DNA of 50,617 bases from Peribolospora baueri (taxonomy: Eukaryota), in contig JAMDHS010000123.1 of assembly GCA_029717555.1 (NCBI GenBank), forward strand, positions 1 to 50,617. The letters run 5' to 3'. A model generated the notes under the pieces. That model ran no database searches and was not told the origin of the DNA. It saw only the letters and a program-made list of their open reading frames with translations. Positions 12,849-24,349 of the stretch are shown in pieces; the first letter of the stretch is position 1; the number at the start of each line of letters is the position of its first letter. The position numbers were made by a program, and so were the translations under genes.

Positions 12849-14455
12849 CTACGGTCCAACGAGCGTCTTATCATCATCTTCTCCGCCCACCACGCCCGTC
12901 TCAGCGGGCCGTCCACGATTCTCACACTTTTGTTTTGCTTTCTTTTCCTCCTCCAAATACCTTTCTACCTCCTCTTCCAGTTCGTACTGCAGCTCGGGGT
13001 CATCAAGGAGCAGCAACCTCTCGCAACCCTTCCACCCGAGCGGCGAGTTGGGATCCGCCCACGGCCCTGCCTGCCAGCGGGGAGGCGTCTTCAGCCCTCG
13101 TAGGATGTCTTTGATGCCCACGTCGACTGCGGTTATCTGTAGTGCGCGAGTACAGGCAAAAGGGGAGAGACGGCATCAGCCGTCCGCTCACGCCAGGCCC
13201 TGTCCTAGAGGCTCATTGTATCGCTGACAGACCCTTTCCCATTTCGCTTCTGTGCCAGTGTGCTTTCCGGTCGAGCTCGAGCCAGGTGGCTCTGAAGGTA
13301 GCGGACTGGACGGCACGAAACTGCTTGGCGTCGATGAAAGGGCACCAAACTTCTTGAGGAAGAAGGCGTCCGTCTTCGTCTGATGGGCCTTGGCCGCATC
13401 GCTGCCTTTGGGAGTATCCGGTTTCGAAGTCGGACTGCTGAAGAGTCCTTTGAGCACAGCGGGCTGCGTCGCGTTCTGAGACTTCAGACGTGTTAACAAG
13501 CATGTATGCGGTCAGATGTGCTCTCTCCCTCTTCAGTTCTTCTCCGGCGGTCATTTACCTTACTCTCTTCCAGTGCGAGCTTTGAAAACACTCTCTCGAC
13601 GCTCGTGTCGGCTTTGTCCTCGTCCTCGGAACTCTTGTCTGGCGATCTCGCGGCGTCCGCCGACGCCGACGACTCCGAGCGCAGCTCATCGAAGAAGACG
13701 TCCCAGATAGCACAGGAGTCAAGACAAGTCGCTCTTTCGTCCTTGTCTTTCTTCGCCTGGCCCTTCTTGTCGGGCTTGTGGGCTTGAGGAAGGTCCGGCG
13801 AGACCGCCAGTGCGCTTTGTACTCGGGCAGCAGTGGTCGAACTGGTCCCAGTGTGGCGGTAGGGTGCTTTCTTTACGTAGGATGACGGGGAGAATTCGGA
13901 GGACTGTTGGAAGGGAGGCGAATGCAATCCGACGCCGCTGTCGGAAGGACGAAGGCGGCCGCCGACACCATCACCGCCTTCACCCTTCTTGGGGGACGCC
14001 TCGGCCGATGCGCACTCGAGTTTCTTGGACGTGCTTTGGATGGCAGATGGCTGGGAGTGCGACAGGGTACACATGTTGGAGGCGGTTGTTTGTTTGCTGG
14101 GACGACGTGCGAGGAACGTGGGAGGATGGTAGTTCTTAAAGAGCCGCTTCGGCACGCGACGCGTAGCTTTCTGAGGGTCGTCCGCTAGCGAGGAGGGACT
14201 AGAAGAGCCAGAAGCCGGAGTGGAGTGTCTTGGCAGGCCGCTCAAGACACAGTCTCTTTTCTTCGTCTCTCCCCACTGCTGTTGATATGGCCCCTCACCA
14301 GCAAGACCAGAAGGCGGCCAGCGATCCGTCTTTGTCCAACTCAAGGTTTCCCAAGCCTGCTCATCGAGGAGGAGGGCCCAACAGCTTAGCTGTCCCCACA
14401 GACGGAGACATGGAACAAGCTTAAGAAGGGACGAGGTGAATCTTCCATGATTCAT
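12849..14455 (-). CDS. Hypothetical S/P/K-rich protein, ~3 exons; 5' end uncertain
   Basis: The 320-aa ORF joins SQNATQ..EAKWER and then ITAVDVGIKDILRGL..VGP* through plausible introns (GTAAAT..AAG; GTCTGT..CAG). No recognisable domain. Confidence 0.5.
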
Positions 14456-15190
14456 AGACTGTTGCCAGAGCCGATTTGCCTCGTATCCTCAGCCCTCCGA
14501 AACTGAAAGAACGTGCTTCTCCAATTTGGCCTCTGTGATGGAGGGGAAGAAACGACATGAGCTGGGGCACAGCACATCCGTCTCCGGTGTTCAGCCGTCT
14601 AAATATCACAGCCCAGATCTTCATCCTTCCCGCGATCTCGCCGTATCAGACTAGAAGATGGCCAGACAAGCACTACAAGAGAGTTTGGAACCACACTTGT
14701 TTACATACGTGACTACAGCACGGCCTTGCCACCATGTTTCGGGTGAGCAGATCTGCCGTCTCCAGCTGCTTACCCCGCACGCCTTCCAACGCCATCCATC
14801 CATTTGCATAGACTGCAGGGTATATCGTCCACTGATAGCATCCCCCGCTAGCACTCGCCGGTTCTCGAAGCGACCCACGTGGGCGACGTCGGTTGGTTGA
14901 CGATGATAGCCTGATCCGTTCTGCCTCCTTCGTCGTTCCCGCGTCTTCCCCAGTTCTCGTTCCCCAAGTTAACCCCGCTCGTCTTGCCCCGGTCCGATTC
15001 CCGAAACGCCCACGCCGTCCAACCTGTACCTACTCTGTCCTTTGCCCTCTACTCCTTCTCGTAACCAACCGCCCCGTCTGGCACCAACCTCGCTCGTGTC
15101 AGCGCTAGGCTGAAGCGTCTTCTTCTCACGTCTATCCACTCGCCACAGTCGTTTTACGTTCACCTCCTTCATCTCTATCTCCATCCAGCC

Positions 15191-17647
15191 ATGTCGTCGT
15201 CAGCGGTGCAACGGACCAAGTCCTCCTCCTCGGATGACAAGGAGGATGCCGCGCTTGCTGGGAAAGTAATTCCTTTGGCTTCCCCCTCCGAAAAGCCAGA
15301 AGCGGAGCACATTGAGGAGATTTTCAAGCCGCACATCGAGTACACCGAGAAAGAGGAAAAGCAGATCGTGAGGAAACTCGATTGGAGGCTAGTCCCCCTT
15401 AGTGAGTGTGACTGTACCAGATCTGCCTGCCACTGCCAAGTTCGTCGTTGCGAATAGCGGCGCCATGGAGCCCCAACCCGCATGTCCGACCTTCCTTTTG
15501 CTCATTTCGGCTCCCCAATTCTCCCTTCTCCAGTGACCTTCGTTTATCTCTTTTGCTTCATCGACAGAAGCGCAGTCGGCAACGCTGCCGTTGCGGGCCT
15601 CCTTACCGACCTCAACCTCCAGGGCAATAAATATAATGTCTCTCTGTCCATATTCTATGTGCGTCCCTCTCTTCGCATCTGCTCCTATCTCAGCTGGCCT
15701 GACCCTCAAGCTTGTGTTTCCCATTTGAAAACGGGTTCGATGTTTTTATGCCCCTTTCAGATATTTTATATCCTCATCCAAGTGAGCTTTCTGGTTGTCT
15801 GCTAAACACTAGCTGTTATTCCACCTGCTTACCGGCCTCGCCTGTCTCGTCTCCACTCACCTGACCGCAGATACCCTCCAACCTCGCTCTTAAAAAATTT
15901 GGAGCCCACATCTGGAGTAAGTGTTACCTTGGCACCCATAGGGAGGGGCCTCAGAGCGGTGCTGACTATCTCTTCTTTCTCCCTGCTCCGGGTTCCACTC
16001 GCTTCCTCGATGGTAGTCCCCTTCTTGACTTTCTCCTTCGGTGTCGTTTGCATGTCCACTGCCTTCACCAAAGATTTTGCTGGCTTCACCGTTGCTCGCG
16101 TCTTCCTCGGCATTGTAGAAGGAGGCGTGCTTCCTGGGTGAGCAAAGCTTCGTTTCAACGAGCGTAAGGAGATATCAACCGACTCACCCTGCTCTGTGCC
16201 GCACGTAGTATATCCTACTACTTGTCTACATTCTACACTCGCGACGAGCTCATGTTCCGCATAGGCTTCTTCATTTCGGCCGCCGTCATGTCCGGTGCCT
16301 TTGGAGGGCTTCTCGCTACCGGAATATTGCACATTCATAATATCGGCTGGCTCACTAGGTGGAGGTGAGACAATCGCCTTTCCCCATCCTCCTGATACAC
16401 TCATTCGCTGAGGTAAGTCCGTTGAAACTCTGAGCTACTTCATTCATCTCTCGCAGGAACATCTTTCTCATTGAAGGCTTCGTGCCCATCGCAACCGCCG
16501 CCATCTGCGTGTTCTTCCGCCTCATCCCGAAGGATGCCGACTCGGCTCGCTTCCTCACCGAACGCGAAAGGGTCATAGCAGGCGAGCGCATGAGGGAACA
16601 GAGCGCTGGTTTGACCAAGGCAGAGGGTACGCGGTGGGACCTTATTGGTCGTGGGATTAACCTCCACAACCTCTTGTGCGCCGTCGGCTACTTTTGCGCC
16701 AACCTCTCCGTTCAGGGCCTAGCGCTCTTCACTCCCACCCTTCTCCGGTCCAGCTTGGGCTATTCTCCCATCAGGTCACAACTCATGAGCGTTCCGCCTA
16801 ATGTGAGCCCGCGTTTCGTAATGGCCTTTTGTCACTCTGCTACTACATGCTCATATTTTGATACCCTTCTCCTCCTTGAATCGCTTCTTTCATGCAAACG
16901 ACAAAGGTCGTCGGCACGGCGGTCACGATCATCCTCTCCTATTTTTCGACAAAGTACCAGCTCCGGTCACCATTCATCCTAGCCTGCTGCCCCATCGGCA
17001 TTTCCGGCTTTGCCATGCTCACGTGGAGCAAGAGCAATAAGGTCAAGTACGCAGGCATATTCCTGGCCAATATGGCCACGAGCCCACTGGGACCTTTCTT
17101 TCTCACCTGGGTATGTTCTCGAACGAAGGAGCCGTCCTATCAGCGACCGATACGTCGCATTTGTTTTACTCACTACTGCGTTCTCGCTTTCCTTGTGTGC
17201 CCGCCGTACTTGCGTGGATAGGGTGCCAACAACTCTGCCCCGTTCGTGGTGAAGAGCGTCGCTACCGGCTTGATCTCGGGACTCGGGTCCTTTGGTGCGC
17301 ACTCGTGTCTTTTTCTGGCTTCCTCGCCCTTCCCGGCATGACTCGTACTACCACAATTGACACCACAATCTCGCCCTCACGCAGGTCCCATCGTTGCTTC
17401 CTGGTCCTATCTCTCCCAGGACGCTCCTCTCTACCGAACGGGCAACATTATCAACGTCGCCACGCAGTGCCTCTCCGCGATCGTTGCCTTCACCCTCATC
17501 TTTTACATAATCGCCGAGAACCGCCTCCGCACGGCTGGCAAGCGCGATGGTAGGCTTGACGCGCTGGAGAGTCTGCCGGAAGAGGAGAAGAAAAGAGCGC
17601 TCGAGACGATGGGCCATAGGAATCCCGCGTTTCGGTACAAGTTGTGA
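15191..17647 (+). CDS. MFS transporter, anion:cation symporter (Dal5/Tna1-like) family, many exons
   Basis: EEKQIVRKLDWRLVPL, FIDRSAVGNA, ARVFLGIVEGGVLPG, FYTRDEL, ARFLTERER; C-terminal GHRNPAFRYKL. Confidence 0.92.
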
Positions 17648-18490
17648 AAAGAAGCAGTTTGGGGGTGGGGGATGCAGAGGTCCTCCTTTCTTCCGGCTCT
17701 CCCAGCTTGTTTCGATTGGCTCATACTACCCGTTTTGTAGCTACAGTATCCTCGGCGTCGTCTTTTTAGCTAATGTCCTTTCGGAGAATGGTACCATTAT
17801 CGGGAGCTGGCGAAAGATAGGAATCCGAGAGCGCGCGAAATTCGACTGTTCGTCACGCACGCCTTCTGCCCAACAAGGCGACCCGCTTTGCCTTAAGACA
17901 TAGGGATCTGCAAGTTTTGACTATTAATAAGCCCTTTCAAGGACAGAAGGTTAATATCGCAGAACTTGCCCTGCCACATTGGGTCGCCTCTGCCCAAGTG
18001 AGTTTGACCTTCAGCTCTATGGGTCTATATCGTCCACCAGTGAGAATCTTAAAGGTTGATAAGTAGAACAGACATTTGTTTAAGATAAGAAGTTTCTGAG
18101 TATATGGCAGAGATACACACTGACTACAAGGACCGACTATAACGAAGCCAAGCAAAGAGTAGATTCTGCTCCCTCTCGAGTAGAGTTCCGCTTTACATAC
18201 GCGAAAGTGGAAGAGCAATCACGAGACAGATACAAATAGGGTTTGTCAACTAAACAAATGTAATCGCGTGAAATAGATAGCTTTATATACAGACGGGGCT
18301 TGATCGCACGGGCCTCACGATTGGGGGCTTTGGCCTCTCGCCGAGAGGAGATGATACGCTTATGTAAGCTTGTTTCCCGATCACCCGCACGCCGGAGTGG
18401 CCCGGGAAAGGCGGAGAAGCCGGTTGAGGGGACCCCGCAGCATCTTTCCTGCTCCTCCGAGTGCTACACCACCAACTCCGAAATACCAAA

Positions 18491-20190
18491 ATGCTCCACA
18501 CAGTGAGTATATCGCGAATCTTCATAGGCGCTCTCGCACCGCCCTGTGAGCTTTAAAACGTAGCTGAATTTATTCTCGTTCTCCCTCCTCCAGCCCTGGC
18601 GCCGTCTCATCCGCTTCGTCGCGCTCGAGGACGGGCATACGCACTTCGGAGAGCCGTTAGACTCTGAGCTTGACATCGGCCAGGCTTATGATAGACAGCT
18701 TCGTAGCGAAGGAAAGAAATGGCCCATCAAGGCTTACGTCATTGACGGCGACGTCCTGAGCGTTGATCAGGATGACAAGGCGACGGCAAAGGTGACCGAC
18801 GAAGTGAGGACGGTGAAGGAGGTGAGCCTGCTTGATACATGTCACGGCGGCCATATAATTTATGAACCCACTCCATCTTCTCCGTTGCCTTTATTGACTG
18901 GTGTTTATACTGCTCCTTTTCGACCCACCCAGCTCCTTCCTCCCCTCTCCGCCTTCCAAGTCAACACGATCCGTGCTTTGGGAGCCAACTTTGCTCCCGC
19001 CAAGAAAACCACAATCCCTATCCTTTTCTACAAGCCTCTCACCGCCCTCTCCGGCCCTTCGCAACCCATATACATACCCAAGGTTGCACAGGAGGGAGGA
19101 GACCAGTCTGATTACGAGGTCGAGCTCGTCGTCGTCATCGGGAAGAGATGCCGGGACGTGTCTCCGGGACAGGCTCTCGACTACGTGCTCGGATACACGT
19201 TGGCCAACGGTGAGTCACGCTGAATCCTTGGATATCCGCCCTCGACGGACAATTCTTGCTGATAACTTTGATTGCCTGGCAGACGTCTCCGCTCGGAAGC
19301 TAATGTTCGCTGGTATGGCGGGCTATCCACTCATTACGGCTCTTCTATGTTCATGTCAGTAAGCTCATTACCGTGTACCCTTCTGCCTTCAGTTCCTCAA
19401 TGGAGTCTTGGGAAGTCCTTCGATGGTTGGATGCCCATCGGGCCGTGGTGAGTCCCCTTTCACGATAGCGTCCAGTCCGTCCCCAAAGCGCAGAAAGTCC
19501 TAGAATAGAGTATTGACAGGTATTTACATGCCTTGCTCTAATGAATACCTTTCCTCCTCACAGCATCGTCTCTACTAGCTTGATCGGAAATCCGGGCGAC
19601 GTCGCCCTTAGGACCACCCTCAACGGAAACATGCTCCAGGACGGCAACACAAAGGACATGCTGTGGGGTGTGGCTGAGACAATTTCTGCGCTCTCAAGAG
19701 GCAGTGAGTGTCGATCGCTGTGCCATGCCGGTGTGCATTGTTACATGCACTTGGAGGCCGTTACCGTTACATGCGGAGTGGAAACATCTTAACATGAATT
19801 TCTGTGCACACCTTCCTAGCTACGCTTGAGCCCGGCTCCATCATCTCCATGGGAACGCCTCCAGGTGAAGGGTGAGTCAACCACCCCTCCACATCTGTTC
19901 CTCCCTTCTGGTCGCCGATACAGTATTTTCCGTGCCACTTCTACCGAATGTCGTCCGCTCAGGTTCAAGCGAAACCCTCAGGTGCGTGTCCTGCTCGGTT
20001 TCCTCTTTACCCAGCTTTTCGCTTGCTCAAACCAAGTCCCGTCTCTGGCGAGGACCTTCTATCCTTTCAGGTATGGCTTAAGCATGACGACATCGTCCAT
20101 TGCTCAGGCTCGCACGGCCTCGGAACTCTTATCAACTCTGTCGTGGAGGAGGATGTAGTGCGGCCTTCTGCTCCGAAGGCGAAACTCTAG
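18491..20190 (+). CDS. Fumarylacetoacetate hydrolase (FAH)-superfamily protein with C-terminal PTS1 (AKL)
   Basis: MLHT|PWRRLIRFVALEDG, PILFYKP, DYEVELVVVIGK, GYTLANDVSAR, WSLGKSFDGWMPIGP, LEPGSIISMGTPPG; ends PKAKL*. Confidence 0.92.
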
Positions 20191-20741
20191 AGATGTCGCC
20201 ATTGTAGGGTGCGTATGGAGTTGGGAATGCGGGGGGCGGCACTCGAGGGTGGTGCCTTGTTGTTCGTGCGCTTGGTACGGTCTCATCGTGCTGAAGGGAA
20301 GGCGGGGAAGACGTGTGACGTTGGGAAAGTAGTCATTAGAACGTTATCATGGAGCAAATGGACAAGTGGGTTCAGCCGGCCGCGTGTCGGGCAAGGTTTG
20401 TTCCGGCTTTACGTCCTTCTTCGCGGACTAAGTTGTAAGGATGCTCCTTATTTTGATCACGACGCATAAGAGATTTTCACGTCCGACGAAATCTCGACTG
20501 TCTTTTTACGATGCTCCATTCGAGGCATGACGATGTTTGAACGAGGATAACGCTTCCTATGTAACTTCCCGTCCATCTCTCGAAGTCGGATGACGCATTT
20601 AACTGCGGCTGTTTAGGTCGAGCGTCAGCGCCAAGCACGTGATATTCCAAGACCACCACGTGTTCCTTCTTATCCACTTCCTCTCTACAAAACATCCCGC
20701 TTGCCGCCTCGATTCCTTCTGACGGACGCACACTGATCGCC

Positions 20742-23191
20742 ATGGCCGCCAACACCAACAGTATGGCGGGCGCTGCGCCCTGGAGCCCAGACAGTTGGCG
20801 CACCAAAAAGGTGGCCCAGGATGTCGTGTACCCAGACCAAAACAAGCTGGCTAGGTGAGTTGCCGGTCCGAAGCGACGAGGCCTCCACCATCCTGTGCAA
20901 AAGCTCATGCTGCAACCTGTCCCCTGCGTCCAGTGTCCTGCAACAGCTCAGAACCCTTCCTCCGCTGGTCACGCCTATGGAAGTGAGTCTGTCACATTAC
21001 CTTTGTCGAGTGCAGGCAGGAGCGAGCGCATCTCTCACACGGCGCCGGTCGACGCCGACGATCTTGGCCTGTTGGACAGATAGAGAGACTCAGGAAGCAG
21101 CTCGCCGACGTGTCTGAGGGCAAGGTGAGTTTGACTCCGAATTTTCTTTGTTCCTTTTGTCCTTCCGTTCACCTACTGACAGCGCCACCCTCACCGCTTA
21201 TCTACCATGTCCCGTCCCTTCTCGTTAGGCCTTCCTTCTCCAAGGCGGCGATTGCGCCGAACTCTTCTCTTACTGCAGACCTTCGCAGATTGACGCAAAG
21301 GTGAAGCTGCTTCTACTCATGAGCATGATTATTATTTGGGGAGCTCGGGTGCCCATCGTCCGTGTAGGACGGATTGCAGGGCAGTATGCTAAGCCGAGAA
21401 GCAAGCCTACGGAGATGGTAGATGGCAAGGAGGTGCTGAGCTTCAGGTAAATTTCTTCGAGGCGAGCAGGCTGAGAAAGCGCTTCGTTAGTTGTGTTTGC
21501 ATGTCTTCTGATGTTTTCCTTTCATTGTTCCGCGCTCTCTCTCAGAGGCGACAACGTCAACGGTTTCGACCCCTCCGACCGCACCCCCGACCCAAATCGC
21601 CTCTTGATGTGAGCCTTTTCGTCCCACTTTTGTCACTGCTTTTCTGTCGACTATGATTGAAGCATAACAATCTGCTCTTTTCTTTCACATCGCACCGCAG
21701 GGCCTATTTCCACTCCGCCTCGACCCTCAATCACCTTCGCGCCTCGCTTGCATCGGGCATCGCCGATCTACACGCCCCGCGCGACTGGTCCTTCTCTCAC
21801 GTCCGTTCGCCCACTCTCCAACGTGAGTTTGAGAACATTGTTGAGCACCTCACCGATGCCCTTGATTTCATGCGCACTGTCGGCGCCGATCCTGGGAAGA
21901 GCGATGGTGGGCTGGCAAGCGCTTTGAACACGGTCGACTTGTTCACTAGGTGAGTCGAGGCTCTCTGTTCGTCTGCCCTCTTCTTTCACCCAGTGCGCTT
22001 GTCTTCGAGCTGATCGTCTCCTTTTCCGCTTGTGCTACTTCTCAGCCACGAAGGTCTCCTTCTCGATTACGAAGAAGCTCTCACTCGCATTCTACCGGTC
22101 CCTACGACCGCGCTGCCTACGGTCCCACGCGGCTCGCTGGCTACGTCACCAGCTCCGAGCACGCCGACCTCAGCCAGCGTGGACGGAGCCGAGGGAACGA
22201 CTTGTTCCCCCTCAACCGCGCCTTATGCCTCGTCGGCACACTTTATCTGGATCGGAGACCGGACCCGCCAGCTGGACGGGGCGCACGTCGAGTACTTCAG
22301 AGGCATCCGCAATCCGGTCGGCGTCAAGGTCGGCCCGACAATGAAGCCGGATGAGCTGGTCAAGTTGCTCGACGTCGTGGACCCTTGGAACGAGCCGGGG
22401 AGGGTCACTCTCATCGGACGCTATGGGGCGAGCAAGGTGAGCGGACGCTCTGTTGGAAGGGACGGCGCCCGAGGCCGGATGGATTTTTGGGTGCTGTTTG
22501 TCACGGCCCACACCTTCTCACCTGCTCTCCTGCACCCATGTTACCCATCGCTTCGCGAAAAAAAAAAAGATCGACGATCACCTCCCAGGTCACATCCGCG
22601 CCGTCGCCGCCTCTACCCACCGTCCGATCTGGGTATGCGACCCGATGCACGGAAACACGACCTCCTCTCCCGCCAATCCGTCCTTGAAGACGCGCTCGTT
22701 CGCCGACATTGTTCTCGAGTTGTCCAAGAGCTTGCGTACCCACACCCGACTCGGTTTGACTCGGCTCGGAGGCGTGCACCTCGAATTGACGGGGGAGACG
22801 AACGAAGAGGGGTTCAGCGTGACAGAATGCACCGGCGGGAGCATGGAGTTGGGGGATGAGGATCTGAGCTTGAACTATCAGGTGCGCGGGCGATTTCTCT
22901 CGTTTGTACTATCATTCCGGATTCAAAGCCAACTTTTTCTCACCCCCCGTCTCCTTCTTTCGCAACACCTCTCAGACCCATTGCGACCCGCGTCTGAACT
23001 TTGAGCAATCACTGGACGTGGCCTTCCTCATCTCTCACCACCTCAAAAAGGAGCGGAGGGGACGTCAACGCCGCGCCAACGGCGGTTCGACGTCGGTCTC
23101 TCGCAGCGCCAGCGCCGGAGACGAGGGGGTGGAGACGGATGGGGACCCATTGCTGGACGAGCTCGTACAGAGGTTGGGCATGAGGCGATAA
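20742..23191 (+). CDS. Class II (plant-type/AroA-II) DAHP synthase
   Basis: [85 protein letters not shown]. Confidence 0.95.
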
Positions 23192-24349
23192 AGGGGAAAG
23201 AGGGCGGGTGTCGAGCATATGTGTGTTGGGGCCCCAAGTGGGCAACCCTCGAGGGCTCGTTCAGGCAGAGTAAAATAGATGCTAGATATTCACGAGCGTG
23301 TCTGCTCCTGTGCTTATGTACTGGAGCTATTCCATCCTCGCTCTGCCGTGCCGTTCTGGGGCTTGCATCTCGTAATGGGGCGTTAGTATCATCTCGACAA
23401 CGCCTGTCCGTCGTGGGAGTCTTCTTAATGTCTCTCTCCATACTCCGACCACAGGAAAGGAAGAGGCTTGAAATGGGAACGTGGCAAGGCATTTGGAAAT
23501 TCGGGAACGCCTTACCGCTCGCTCCCCCGGTTGTGCTATCGGGCCGGCTTCTCTTCGGCGCTGTCTAGCCTAGCTCTCCGAGGGAGTAGGAATGGAAAGC
23601 ATCTGATGAGGGGAAGGAAGGATGGATAGTGCGACATGAAATTCATGTCGAAGCCGATGCTAAACTGAGTGAGGACGAGGCGGATGAGCGGTAAAGAGGA
23701 GTATATGCGGTGGACATGATTGATCCCCTTGCGCCCTTGCGTGCCAGTCGCGAGACCGACACTGAACTGAGCTTTGGTAGTTTATTAGTTTTGTTTCAGC
23801 TTGTTGGGTGTCCTTGTCGGATAGGACACTGAAAGAGAGATGCCCAGGTCAGCCTGCGAGCAGGACAGACGACGAGTGAACAGGAGCACCAGCACCCGCA
23901 AAGTGGCGAAATCAGACAGGGAGAGGGAGCATATATGCGGCGATCGGATAAACCAGAAAGGGTTGGAGGGTGCCTTGCTCAGGTCTCTTCCATCCCCCAG
24001 CTTCCCCCACTCCCTCCCCTTGGCGTCTTGCTCCTGAAAAGGAGCAGAGAGGACGGAAGGCAAGGGCGAAGGGGATGGATGGAGCGGACGGTGTTTGCGC
24101 TCACGTGGTGGAGAGAGAGACAGTTGTTAGTGGGCGGTTGGTATTCGAGCGAGTCGGGCGAGTCGCCAAACTTAATCTCTGACGTGAAAATGGTGAAATA
24201 AATGCATCCACCATCCATCCCACCCCAACCAACCTCCAGCCATCCTCCATCCTTTATCCTCCTTCCTCTTTCCATCTTTCCTCCTTCCCGCCTCTTCCCA
24301 TCATCACTCCACTCCCCTCCCCCCTTGCCGTCCCCGTGGTCCGCGTCCA

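Noticed and set aside
17636..17647. MFS C-terminal YKL as a PTS1
   Set aside because: It is part of the family-typical FRY.L terminus of a polytopic membrane protein.
23603..23670. CTGATGA..GAAA hammerhead or C/D snoRNA-like motifs
   Set aside because: There is no stem II between the hammerhead core motifs, and no terminal stem or recognisable guide for a snoRNA.
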